Assembly (NCBI RefSeq): GCF_964355755.1
Contig: NC_092679.1
Coordinates: forward strand, 10,027,432-10,091,431
Reading direction: 5' to 3'
DNA: 64,000 bases
Origin: Antedon mediterranea
Lineage: Eukaryota > Animalia > Echinodermata
The notes beneath the pieces were generated by a model. It was not told the origin of the DNA. It made no database searches and saw nothing but the letters and a program-made list of their open reading frames with translations. The stretch's first letter is position 1. Each line of letters starts with the position of its first letter. Position numbers and translations under genes: made by a program. Below, in pieces: positions 39,708-52,446 of the stretch.

Positions 39708-42666
39708 TTAAATATTTCTATTGTTATAATATTGCTTTAATCTCTGTTTAAACAAACTTAAAGTGGGGGATTGTTTTATATAGTCTGTTAAATTGTTCCA
39801 AATATGTGTTCCTTGGTAGGAAATACATTGCTGTCCGACTTTGGTGCGTTTTAGTTGTGGACAGTAGTTTGACCTGTTTCTAGTTGAGTAATTATGGAAT
39901 GAGGCAGATGTACTAAATAAGTTATTAAATGATTCAGGTAATAGATTATGTTTATATTGATACATAAATATAGCAGTGTGTTTCGTATAAAGGTCAAAAA
40001 TATTTAATGTTTGGGTTGAAATAAAAAGTGGATGAGAAGGATGCATAAAATGAACATGACAAATATTTCTAAGTGCTTTTTTCTGGAGAATATGTATACG
40101 GTTTAAGTTTGTAGCAGAAGTAGCACCCCATACTGTGATAGCATACGTTATTCTAGGTAATATAAGTGCATTGTATACTGTTAACAAGATTTTACTTGAT
40201 AACATAGACTTCACTTTGTTTAAGACACCAATTATTCTAGAAATACTGTTTGCTACCTCATTTACATGATAATTAAACGATAAAGTTTCATCCAGAAATA
40301 AGCCTAGAAATTTAACTTCAGTAGCTTTTACTATACATTCATTTCCCATCCTCAATTCTAGTGAGGTAGTGTCAGCTGACTTATTTCTAGCCTTAAATAT
40401 AACATATTTTGATTTGTTTACATTTAGCGTTAATTTGTTAGCAATAAACCAGTCCGAAAGTATAGATAACTCCTGGTTCATTGTATCAAAAGCTTGAGTA
40501 ATATCATTGTGACTATAAAACACATTTGTGTCATCTGCATACATAATCATGTCTACATGGTTACATGCTAGACTAATATCATTAATGAATATAAGAAATA
40601 ATAATGGACCCAATATGGATCCCTGAGGAACTCCAGTGTTTACTGTCATTTTACTAGATGCAGTATTAACAATAAATGTGTATTGTAGTCTTTTTTTAAG
40701 ATAGTTTGAGAACCAGTTTAGCGGAACTCCTCTTATACCATAACATCTTAACTTATCTAATAATATATCATGATCGATTGTATCAAACGCTTTTGATAAA
40801 TCAAGGAAAACTCCTAGTGTGAACTCTTTATTCTCAATAGCGTTTGTGATTTTTTCAATCGATTGTATTAAAGCATGACTAGTTGAATGGTGTTGTCTAA
40901 ATCCATACTGTGTTTTACTCAGTACGTTATATTTTGAGAGGTAACAAATCGTTTGACCATACACAATCCTCTCAAATATTTTGGAAAAAAGGGGTAAAAT
41001 GGAAATAGGCCGATAATTATTTATATCGGAGATGTCACCATTCTTAAATACCGGGATAACTTTAGCAATTTTTATATCAGCCGGGACACAGCCCGATGAT
41101 AATGACGTATTAATAATATGCAATAAAGGTTTTAAAATAAACGGGGAAGCAGATTTTATGAGTTGGGCACTTATACCATCATGGCCAGGAGAAGTATTCT
41201 TTGTGTTTTTAATATAGTGGTTAAGTTCATGTTCAGTAACAGGCTTAAAAAACATTGAAGAGGTAAAATTTCCCTTTAAGAAAGTTCTGTGGGTGATTTC
41301 TTCATTTTGAGATTCATGCCTAAATTTATTATTTAGTTTTTCTCCAATATTAATAAAAAAAGAGTTGAATGCATCAGCTTTCTCATCATTATCAGAGAAA
41401 GTCTCAGTACCCAATTTTATTTTTGTAGGCAAATTGGTAGTCTTTTTCCTACCCATTTAGGATTGTCCACGTTTTTTTAATATCTTGTTTATTTCGTTCA
41501 AACTGGACCATATAATATTCTTTTTTCCGATTTCTAATAGTAGTGGTTAACTTGTTTCTAAAATGTATGTACGTACTTTTATTAGTAGTGGTGTTATTTT
41601 GTTTGTACTTTTTATATAATTTATGTTTTTGAGAGATAGCTCTGGCAATTTCAGCTGTGATCCAAGGAGATTTTAACTTGTTCGCCTTATTTCTAATTCG
41701 TTTTAAAGGGAAACAATTATCAATTGTTTTATTTAAAGTGTTTGTAAAATTTTGATAAGCAACATTCGCATTATTTGAGAATAGCACATCATTCCACTGA
41801 TTACTTTGTAATTCTTGCAAAAAATACTCCGTTTGTTGAGGAGAATATTGTCGTTTATATACAAATCGAGGATATTGCTTATTATGTTTTTCCAAAGTAT
41901 CTACACAGAATATTGGGAAGTGATCAGAAATATCAGTAATAAGTATTCCACTTTTAAGGGACGTAGTAAAAGAATCGATGTTGCAATAAATGTTATCAAT
42001 TATTGAATCACAATTATCGGATATTCTAGTAGGACTTTTTATGATTGGCTGAAATGACTGAGAAAATATTGTGTCTAAGTGTGATTGGATAGTGTTGTCG
42101 GTAGATTGTTGGAGTAAGTTTATGTTATAGTCTCCCACAAGGTAAGCTTTCTTTTTTTCTAGATTAATCATTTGCATTACACATGTTAATTCATCATCAA
42201 ACTTTTGCAAGGAACGTGAGGGTGGTCTATAAACTATACCACAAATAACATTATTTCCTGATTCTAACTCAATCTCAATAAAAATAGTCTCTGCTTCAGT
42301 CATACAAGATGACAGATCATTTCTAATAATATATGTTAGTTTGTTGGTAACATAGAACGCTACCCCACCACCTCTCTTATCTTTCCTATCATTGTGAATC
42401 AAACTGTAGCCTGGTAACTGGTATAGATTAATATTATCTTTTTCGGTTAACCAGGTTTCACTGAAGGCAATGACGGAGAAGGCATGTACAAGTGAGTCTA
42501 AATAGTTTGAGATTAAGTCAAACTTATTAACAACACTACGACAGTTTAGTCCAAATATAGAAAAGTTTGATGATAAATTAGAATGTTCAAGTGAAGAAAT
42601 TAAGTTATCTTCGTTAAAATATTCTGTGCTCACATTTACATTATCAAAAAGGTCACATTCAAACAT
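39708..42666 (-). pseudogene. LINE ORF2 (APE endonuclease 41449-42666 plus RT 39708-41456) with a single frameshift
   Basis: NCRS, SETW, GGGVAFY, YRPP, GDYN, SDH motifs, then a complete RT with YADD; the frames switch at WTILN/MGRKK. Confidence 0.95.
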
Positions 42667-43557
42667 TTAAATTAGACAGAAAAGGAAATGACAAATGAAT
42701 AAAATTGAGCAAGCTGCTTACAGCAGAGAATAGTTAACACTATATAGCCTAAGTTAACAAGTATGTACAATAAATTACAATATATACAATGTAATATGAA
42801 TTGTTTTATCATGACATACCAACAACAACTAAACGACAGGCAGTGAAACAATAATGATGATCATGGACGCCAATTAAGTATTTGGTTAACTTAAAAGATT
42901 TTGATCAATCTAACTCACCGATGTCCAGAATGTATTATTATGGCAAGTTATCGTTACTCACTGGTAAGTCAAACATCGCCGGTAAACAGCTACGTTGAAA
43001 CGGTCTAGAACATGATGTCTCAATAACGGCGCTCACTTATTAATCACATCAGCCACTTAATGTTGTTATAATTTGTCATTATACATCACTAGTAAAGTAC
43101 GGATAGTATAACTTAAATACATTTAGTTGTGTTGTGTTTCATTAAAACGATGTGTTTAACGTTTACGAGTTTGATCAACCCAGTAACTCATCGATGAATT
43201 ACCGGTAAACAACTACGTTGAAACTTACATCGTCAACAGCCACTTAATTGTTGTTGGTATTTCTCATTATGTAACACTATCGTCGCACACCTGCCGTGGG
43301 TCACATGAATTAAAGTTTGAATGGACAGAGATATCCAGAACATAACACTAACAGCCAGGTGCGCGACATAAACAAACAAACTTCGTTTATTTACAATTTA
43401 TAACGGTAGAAATACTACTACAATCACATAATTAGTCTACGTTCTACAAGACAATGATAGACTCTGCGGTAATGTAGGTATGAAATATAATTCATAAACA
43501 ATAATTAATTGTGTTCAATTGAACATTAATTAATTTGGCTTAATGACTTAATTATAG

Positions 43558-44379
43558 TTATTTTAGTGGCTTGTATGGCTTACCGTCGATAAACAGTTGT
43601 CCATTTCTGAATACGGGCTTACGTTTTTCGGCATATGCCTGCGCCATAATTGTAGATAATTCTCTCTTTTTCTTCATGTCCGCGTCAGGTAAATCTTCAG
43701 TAATAAATACGTTTTGTGATTTACTTTTTAATTTTACTTTTCCTAGTTTTAGGACTTGGTTTCTTTGTGGACGGTACAGAAATTTAGCTATTATATGCCT
43801 CGGTTTGTTATCTAAACGGCGTTTCCCGGTGCGATGGCAATTTTCAATTTCGATGTCCTCGAGTCCGAGTTCTTCGCGTAGTACTTTTTGCAATAAATCC
43901 TGGGTGTTTTCTGTAGCATTTTCTATAACTCCTCCAAACCTTAGATTAAAACTCCTACTGTATCTTTCTTGTTTTAGGATTGAATTTTCCATGTCCGCCA
44001 TTTTATCCTGATAAGCCGCCATTTTGTTTTCATACTCCTCCATTTTCTTGATTTCATTTCCAATTTTTTTTATTTCTTCCTTCGTTTTGTTAGTTGAATC
44101 ATGCGCATATTCCACACTTTTTTCTAGATCTTTGACAGTTGTTTCCAGTTTGGTAAGCCTTTTGTTGTAGTTTTTTTGATTTTCTAGGACTTTATCTAGT
44201 TTACCATTAAGTTGTTCTGATAGCCTACCTAGTTGATCGGCGAGCGTTTGAGTTTCCCCCTGTCGATCGCCGGAGGCTTCGATTGGATCATCTGCTTCTA
44301 GACTTTCGGAGGGTCTAGCTTTTCTTGTTAAGTCAATTGATTTAGTATTTGCCCTAGTAGGCCTATTAGTCGCCATCAT
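43558..44379 (-). CDS. LINE ORF1p, L1/Transposase_22-like (coiled coil, RRM, CTD), 273 aa, intact
   Basis: Heptad coiled coil, then ERYSRSFNLRFGGVIE, IENCHRTG, PRHIIAKF, VFITEDL, GQLFIDG. Confidence 0.9.
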   Translation of the reverse strand: MMATNRPTRANTKSIDLTRKARPSESLEADDPIEASGDRQGETQTLADQLGRLSEQLNGKLDKVLENQKNYNKRLTKLETTVKDLEKSVEYAHDSTNKTKEEIKKIGNEIKKMEEYENKMAAYQDKMADMENSILKQERYSRSFNLRFGGVIENATENTQDLLQKVLREELGLEDIEIENCHRTGKRRLDNKPRHIIAKFLYRPQRNQVLKLGKVKLKSKSQNVFITEDLPDADMKKKRELSTIMAQAYAEKRKPVFRNGQLFIDGKPYKPLK

Positions 44380-47300
44380 GCAGTCTTCTTTTAGTTAGTG
44401 TATACAACTTTTAAAAATAGTAGAGTTTGTTGGCTATATATTACCTTTAGTCTGAATTTAAGATCTTTTTCCCTGCGTGTAAAAGTTAGGTGTTGTTTCT
44501 ACTCGCGCATGCTTTCGATAAAACTTTTCACTAAAAAACATCAAAGAGCACAAAATAGCTTAATATCGTATTTAGAAACGTTTTAGACCATTTTGAGCAT
44601 TTCGACAAAAATTTTGCACACAAAACATCAAAGTGTACAGAATAGCTTCAAATGGCATTTGGAGACGCTTTAGACCATTTTGTGATTTTCGAAAAGACTT
44701 GTTAACATAAAAACACCAAAGTGCTTAGAATAGTTTCAAATCGCATTTGAAAACGTTTTAGACCATTTTGAGCATTTCGAAAAAACTTGTTAACATAAAA
44801 ACACCAATGTGCTAAGAATAGCTTCAAATCGCATTTGGAGACATTTTAGACCATTTTGTGATTTTCGAAAAAACTTGTTAAGAAAAACACCAATATGCTA
44901 AGAATAGCTTCAAATCGCATTTGGAGACGTTTTAGACCATTTTGTGATTTTCGAAAAAACTTGGTTCCACAAAAACATCTAAGTGCTTAAAATCACATTA
45001 GAAACCGTTTTAGACCATTTTGTGATTTTCGACAAAACTTGTTAACATAAAAACACCAATGTGCTAAGAATAGCTTCAAATCGCATTTGGAGACATTTTA
45101 GACCATTTTGTGATTTTCGAAAAAACTTGTTACCATAAAAACACCAAAGTGCTTAGAATAGCTTCAAATCGCATTTGGAGACGTTTTAGACCATTTTGTG
45201 ATTTTTGAAAAAACTTGTTACCATAAAAACACCAAAGTGCTTAGAAAAGCTTCAAATCGCATTTGGAGACGTTTTAGACCATTTTGTGATTTTCGAAAAA
45301 ACTTGCTAACATAAAAACACCAAAGTGCTTAGAATAGCTTCAAATCGCATTTGGAGACATTTTAGACCATTTTGTGATTTTCGAAAAAACTTGTTAACAT
45401 AAAAACACAAAAGTGCTTAGAATAGCTTCAAATCGCATTTGTAGACGTTTTAGACCATTTTGTGATTTTCGAAAAAACGTGTTAACATAAAAACTTCAAA
45501 GTGTACAGAATAGCTTCAAATCGTATTTGGAGACGTTTTAGACAATTTTGTGATTTTCAAAAAAACTTGGTTCCACAAAAAAATCAAAGTGCTTAAAATC
45601 ACATTAGAAACCGTTTTAGACCATTTTGAGCATTTCGATCAAACTTTTCACAAAAAAAACATCAAAGAGCACAAAATAGCTTAATATCGTATTTGAAAAC
45701 GTTTTAGACCATTTTGAGCATTTCGAAAAAACTTGTTAACATAAAAACACCAATGTGCTAAGAATAGCTTCAAATCGCATTTGTTGACGTTTTAGACCAT
45801 GTTGTGATTTTCGAAAAAACTTGTTACCATAAAAACACCAAAGTGCTTAGAATAGCTTCAAATCGCATTTGGAGACGTTTTAGACCATTTTGTGATTTTT
45901 GAAAAAACTTTGTTCCACAAAAACATCAAAGTGCTTAAAATCACATTAGAAACCGTTTTAGACCATTTTGAGCATTTCGATAAAACTTTTCACTAAAAAA
46001 CATCAAAGAGCACAAAATAGCTTAATATCGTATTTAGAAACGTTTTAGACCATTTTGAGCATTTCGACAAAAATTTTGCACACAAAACATCAAAGTGTAC
46101 AGAATAGCTTCAAATGGCATTTGGAGACGCTTTAGACCATTTTGTGATTTTCGAAAAGACTTGTTAACATAAAAACACCAAAGTGCTTAGAATAGCTTCA
46201 AATCGCATTTGGAGACATTTTAGACCATTTTGTGATTTTCGAAAAAACTTGTTAACATAAAAACACAAAAGTGCTTAGAATAGCTTCAAATCGCATTTGT
46301 AGACGTTTTAGACCATTTTGTGATTTTCGAAAAAACGTGTTAACATAAAAACTTCAAAGTGTACAGAATAGCTTCAAATCGTATTTGGAGACGTTTTAGA
46401 CAATTTTGTGATTTTCAAAAAAACTTGGTTCCACAAAAAAATCAAAGTGCTTAAAATCACATTAGAAACCGTTTTAGACCATTTTGAGCATTTCGATCAA
46501 ACTTTTCACAAAAAAAACATCAAAGAGCACAAAATAGCTTAATATCGTATTTGAAAACGTTTTAGACCATTTTGAGCATTTCGAAAAAACTTGTTAACAT
46601 AAAAACACCAATGTGCTAAGAATAGCTTCAAATCGCATTTGGAGACGTTTTAGACCATGTTGTGATTTTCGAAAAAACTTGTTACCATAAAAACACCAAA
46701 GTGCTTAGAATAGCTTCAAATCGCATTTGGAGACGTTTTAGACCATTTTGTGATTTTTGAAAAAACTTTGTTCCACAAAAACATCAAAGTGCTTAAAATC
46801 ACATTAGAAACCGTTTTAGACCATTTTGAGCATTTCGATAAAACTTTTCACTAAAAAACATCAAAGAGCACAAAATAGCTTAATATCGTATTTAGAAACG
46901 TTTTAGACCATTTTGAGCATTTCGACAAAAATTTTGCACACAAAACATCAAAGTGTACAGAATAGCTTCAAATGGCATTTGGAGACGCTTTAGACCATTT
47001 TGTGATTTTCGAAAAGACTTGTTAACATAAAAACACCAAAGTGCTTAGAATAGTTTCAAATCGCATTTGAAAACGTTTTAGACCATTTTGAGCATTTCGA
47101 AAAAACTTGTTAACATAAAAACACCAATGTGCTAAGAATAGCTTCAAATCGCATTTGGAGACATTTTAGACCATTTTGTGATTTTCGAAAAAACTTGTTA
47201 AGAAAAACACCAATATGCTAAGAATAGCTTCAAATCGCATTTGGAGACGTTTTAGACCATTTTGTGATTTTCGAAAAAACTTGGTTCCACAAAAACATCT

Positions 47301-48261
47301 AAGTGCTTAAAATCACATTAGAAACCGTTTTAGACCATTTTGTGATTTTCGACAAAACTTGTTAACATAAAAACACCAATGTGCTAAGAATAGCTTCAAA
47401 TTGCATTTGGAGACATTTTAGACCATTTTGTGATTTTCGAAAAAACTTGTTACCATAAAAACACCAAAGTGCTTAGAATAGCTTCAAATCGCATTTGGAG
47501 ACGTTTTAGACCATTTTGTGATTTTTGAAAAAACTTGTTACCATAAAAACACCAAAGTGCTTAGAAAAGCTTCAAATCGCATTTGGAGACGTTTTAGACC
47601 ATTTTGTGATTTTCGAAAAAACTTGCTAACATAAAAACACCAAAGTGCTTAGAATAGCTTCAAATCGCATTTGGAGACTTTTTAGACCCTTTTGTGATTT
47701 TCGAAAAAACTTGGTTACACAAAAGCACCAAAGTGCTTAAAATAGCTTCAAATCGCATTTGGAGACATTTTACCCCATTTTGTGATTTTCTAAAAAAGTT
47801 GTTAACATAAAAACATCGAAGTGCTTAGAATAGCTTCAAATCGCATTTGGAGACATTTTAGACCATTTTGTGATTTTCGAAAAAACTTGTTAACATAAAA
47901 ACACCAAAGTGCTTAGAATAGCTTCAAATCGCATTTGGAGACGTTTTAGACCATTTTCTGATTTTCGAAAAAACTTGTTACCATAAAAACACCAAAGTGC
48001 TTAGAATAGCTTCAAATCGCATTTGGAGACGTTTTAGACCATTTTGTGATTTTCTAAAAAAGTTGTTAACATAATAATAATAATAATAACAACTTTATTT
48101 AAAAACGGATGCAACACTTGAATCACCTTATTGGTGTTTTTCACAAGGCCGTTACTTACTACAAAACTATTTATACTATTACACTAGTTATCATTTACAG
48201 TACAAAAACAACAACAACAACAAAAAGATTTCATGAAAAAATATAGAGTTTCAAGTATATT

Positions 48262-49803
48262 TTATCTTTGGTCATTTATCATTTTTTTAAATATATGTAT
48301 ATTAGGAGCTGTAATTGCATTTGAGTTTATAGCATTTAAACTATTCCATAGCTTTGCGCCAGAATACGAGAAACTTTTCTTTTTATACTCGGTGTTTGCC
48401 TTATGTAAACTTAGAATATCTTTTGATCTAGTATTATATGTTTGTTTGCGTTCATAGAATCTGTTTCTTAAGTAGGATGGTGTCAAGTTATTCATTATTT
48501 TATACATTGTGACTGCTTCGTTGTAATATTGTTTTTCTTCTAAATTAGGCCAATTTAAATCTTTGAGCGCCTTTGAGCTAGAGTCACACTCTAATTATTT
48601 TAGCCGCTCTATTTAGGAGTACTTGGAGTTTATATTTGAGGGTTTGGTTACAACGACCCCATACTACAGTAGTCAAAATGGTGGGCTATGATAGATTTGT
48701 ACATTAATGATTGAATATTTTGAGGGAAAATATTGCTGCATTTTTTTAGATAGTACAGACCTGATATTACTTTATTTTTCACCTGATCTATTTGTTTATG
48801 CCATTTTAAATTTTCATCGATAATGACACCTAAATGTTTACAGTTATTTACTTTTTCAAGTTTTGTACCGTCTATATTAATATTAATATCCATGTTAATC
48901 AATTTATTTAATTTTTGATGTGTTCCTAAAATCATATATTCAGTCTTTTTAGTGTTTAGACTTAATTTGTTACTTGCTAACCATAGTTGTACATGTTTTA
49001 GATCAGTATTTACTTTGCTTATTATATCGTGTATGTCTTTAGATGCATAATATAACGCAGTGTCATCTGCGTACATGCTTACATTTACATGAGAAACTGA
49101 GTTAGGTAGATCATTAATATACATGATAAATAGAAGGGGCCCTAATATTGATCCCTGAGGGATTCCACAAACACTATTAGACTTTACCGAATCAACATTG
49201 TTAATATTAGTAATATGTGTACGATTTGTTAAATAATTTTCAAACCATTTGATAACATGATTATCAAAATTAAAATTCTGTAGTTTTTTTTATTAGTATC
49301 TGGTGATTAACAGTGTCGAAAGCTTTTTTGAGATCAAGCATTATTAGTCCTATGTATTTACCATTTTCAATACTGTCAATCCAATCTTCAGTTATATTTA
49401 TTAATGCCGATGATGTCGAGTAATTTGGCCTAAATCCAGATTGTTGATTGTATAATTTAGGGTTGATTTGTGGATAGAGTTGGTCAAAGACAGCGTGTTC
49501 AATAATTTTCGATAAAATTGGTAGTACAGAAATTGGCCTGTAGTTAGATGGTTCACTTCGGTCGCCATTTTTAAAAATTGGGCATATTCGTGCATTTTTC
49601 CATTTACTTGGGAAGTCGCAGGTTCTTAGAGATAAATTAATTAAAAATGTAATGGGTTGTACAATTGAGTTGATTGCTAATTTTATTAGTTTAGCAGGAA
49701 TTTCATCAGTTCCTGTAGCCTTTTTGTCAGATAATGATAAAATTTGTTTATATACATATTCCTCGTCAACAAGTGTGAAAATTTTCACCTTGATTTGGGT
49801 ATT
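48262..49803 (-). pseudogene. RT half of ORF2 of the second LINE, with several frameshifts
   Basis: KATGTDEIP, NYRPISVLP, LDLKKAFDTVNH, GIPQGSILGP, MYADD, FSYSGAKLWN spread over at least 3 frames. Confidence 0.92.
49759..49803. repeat. 45-bp direct repeat, left copy (right copy 53455-53499), flanking the Ngaro insert
   Basis: TTCCTCGTCAA(C/A)AAGTGTGAAAATTTTCACCTTGATTTGGGTATT, with one mismatch between copies. Confidence 0.95.
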
Positions 49804-50703
49804 GAGGAGGCCTAACAGAGATTGTAATTCTTTTAAGGTGACTTTTTGCCTAGACATAAAATAGGATAGTTTTTCCCGAATTTTTAATACTTTTTCTATA
49901 GGAAGTCTACATTCCATAGACAGAGTATCCACTTCTATCCCATATATGGTCAAGCATGTTCTTGGCGTAACAGTTTTACTGTACTTGATCGGGACCCCTA
50001 CTTGTGAACAAAGAAACATAAAATTAGTCAGGGAATTTAAACAGGTATTGGAATCGGCTTCCCCTATGAACCAAAAATCATCTAATAAATGTGATATGCC
50101 CTGGGTTTGGAACTTGTTTTGCATAATCCACGTTAATGAGTCGCTGAACAAACCAAAGCGATTGCAAGAACTTGATGCCCCCATGGGTAGGCACTTATCA
50201 TAGTAAAAACTACCTTCCCATGAAAAACCTAAAAGCCAATAATCTGTGGGTGTGATCGGGATAATCCGAAAGGCCTCTTCGATATCCGTTTTTGCCATGA
50301 GACTGCCCACCCCAAACTTTAATACTTGTTTGACAATTGTGTCAATGTTGTCGTATTGAACAATTTTTTCCCCGGTAGGAATCGTGTCATTGACGGAATT
50401 ACCTTTCGGATAAGATAAATCGTGTATGATTCTAAATTTACCTGGTTCCGATTTTGGAATTACACCTAACGGAGAAATTCTGAAGTTTTTAAAGGGTGGT
50501 GATGAGAACGGTCCTGCAATTCTGCCTAAGAGTACTCCCTTTTTAATAAAGTCAGTTACCGCTCCCGAGTATGTGAAACAACTTCTATGGTTTTTAGCTG
50601 TCATAGGATTGGGTGGAGTTATCGAGCCTAATGTAAAACCATGTTTAAAGCCGGCCAAAATGGATGTGTACATACCTTGTGGAGAACCTGTTAAGTAAGA
50701 CAT
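49804..50703 (-). pseudogene. DIRS/Ngaro-type RT, 3'-truncated and fused in frame to LINE ORF2 (predicted ORF 49270-50703)
   Basis: ISPLGVIPK, KFRIIHDLS, KTDIEEAFR, LPMGASSS, HLLDDF, LQSLLGLLN, then LINE sequence. Confidence 0.9.
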
Positions 50704-50716
50704 TAGGTTGTTTAGT

Positions 50717-51625
50717 CTAATTGGGGTTGGTAGCGAGAAAGGATGGTGGTTGCCTAATTTTGTTAGGTTTTTGGCAACGAATTTTTGGGTGGTTTCCCCT
50801 GCAAATGTCGCAAGTATGTTTGAGGGTACAGGGTTTCTTTCTACAATCCTTTCCGTCGTTCCAGTTCCAACAGACTCCCCGGTTTCGCGTGTTTCGAAAG
50901 GAACTCTGAAATTTACTTTGAAAACGTTTGGTTTGGGACGTGTCAGTACGTAAATAATTATAGCATTTTACGAGGAGTTCTGTATTCAAGAGCCCCCATT
51001 CTAGTGGACGAGATTGTCTCGCTTTTCGAAAGTTCAAGTCGTATCTTCGCCATGCCCCTACCGGACCCGACGTATAAATATCTAGAATGTTAGCTATATA
51101 CTTAAGCATAGGTTGGCATGCTTCTTTCTCTTTCAATATATATATGGATACATAAATATGCATCGCTTTCACCCAATCTAAAAATTCAAGCGGTTGTTGT
51201 TGTTGGGGTGGTTCATGGTGAAGCTGTATGTTGCCATTGCCTACCGACATGCCCGTTACTGTAGCTTGTTCTTTATAACTAGGAAGTAGTGAACGCAGTT
51301 CAATAAATGTATCATTCCATATTTTATTTTTGATGGCTGCGCTGATACCTGCCCCAAGGGGGATGGCCTCTGATATATGGATATCGGGTTGAGCCAAAAG
51401 CTCCTCACCTGGAATTTGGTGGATAAATTCAGGTACTGGTGTCGTCGACACGATGTCCGTGGATACTGCGTGGCTGTCCTGAGGTTCTTTTTGACTCTCC
51501 ACTTGTTGTAAGGCGTGCAGTTCTTTTGCCAGTTTGGCATAGTCAAGCGACGTCGCTACCTGCGGTACCTTCTTTTTCTGTGCGTTTTTTCCCGTTTTTG
51601 AATTTTTTGACGTTGTTTTTGGCAT
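50717..51625 (-). CDS. Gag-like ORF1 of the Ngaro/DIRS element (302 aa)
   Basis: IWNDTFIELRSLL, WRRYDLNFR, and C-terminal CWNWNDGKDCRKKPCTLKHTCDICRGNHPKIRC, directly upstream of the DIRS-type RT. Confidence 0.85.
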   Translation of the reverse strand: MPKTTSKNSKTGKNAQKKKVPQVATSLDYAKLAKELHALQQVESQKEPQDSHAVSTDIVSTTPVPEFIHQIPGEELLAQPDIHISEAIPLGAGISAAIKNKIWNDTFIELRSLLPSYKEQATVTGMSVGNGNIQLHHEPPQQQQPLEFLDWVKAMHIYVSIYILKEKEACQPMLKYIANILDIYTSGPVGAWRRYDLNFRKARQSRPLEWGLLNTELLVKCYNYLRTDTSQTKRFQSKFQSSFRNTRNRGVCWNWNDGKDCRKKPCTLKHTCDICRGNHPKIRCQKPNKIRQPPSFLATNPN

Positions 51626-52446
51626 ATTGTTTCTGGACGCCTACTGGACTCCTGTAGCCCCAGCATAAAAGAAAAAGTGTTTAAAATGATAGGTTAATGT
51701 GAGGAATTTTCCTGAGCACATAAGATACCTATTACTGGTACCTTACAAAGGCTTGCTTACTTTAAATAGAATCGCCAAGCATTGCATGTGCAATGAAATT
51801 AGAAATACGAGGAGACCAAATATAGCTCAGAAATATAGGTCAGATATAGTGTTGGTGTAAACCACCCAACATAAGTAAAAGTCGTGCAATTCTTTAAAAA
51901 CGAATGCACTGTTATGAGTCATTGAGCTAGCAAAATTGTCCCTCGGGCGTAAAGCAAAGTAGCAGCAAAAGTTTCAAATAGTAAGGTATCTTTCCGGTAT
52001 ATGTCCCTGGACCAAAACATAGCCGGAAATAAAAATGTTTCTACTTAGGCCCCTATCTATATGAGAGCAAAACGAATCGTAGAAAATAAAATGCTCGAAA
52101 TGAGAGCAAAAATAACCTCAAAGGCAGGGTGAAAAACTCTGCCAATAGTAGCTCGATGTAAAAATGGTTGGCCTATATAAAAGAACAGTAATGTTGCCTA
52201 AGGCCGCCGTCATGAGCAAAAAGAAATAAAAGTGAGGTTAAAATGATCCAGGTATTAAAAGTATCACATTTACGTATTGTAACTTGTCCAAAAATTGGCA
52301 CATAAAACGTAAAAAATAGAGTTTTACTTTGACAGTAAAAGAAAAATGTAAGTTGGAGACATGTGTGTTGCACACCATCCCGTCGACTTAGTATAAACGA
52401 TGATACAAGACCGTCGTCTATAAAGCCTAATCTTAAATAATTTATG

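Larger units (their letters stand above)
35016..42207. repeat. 3596-bp tandem duplication (35016-38611 / 38612-42207) of ~0.9 kb satellite plus the 3' 2.7 kb of a LINE
   Basis: The same 3596 offset holds for the satellite variant GACGTTATAG, the LINE tail (35912/39508) and the RT ORF (36112/39708). Confidence 0.96.
39508..44512 (-). mobile_element. Full-length non-LTR retrotransposon of the CR1/L2 group (Crack-like), ~5.0 kb
   Basis: ORF1, ~890-bp spacer, APE-RT ORF2, 3' stem-loops, AATAAA and a TGAAT-type tail; TTTC is duplicated at 39504-39507 / 44513-44516. The clade call comes from the ORF1 type and RT C-terminus and is tentative. Confidence 0.92.
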
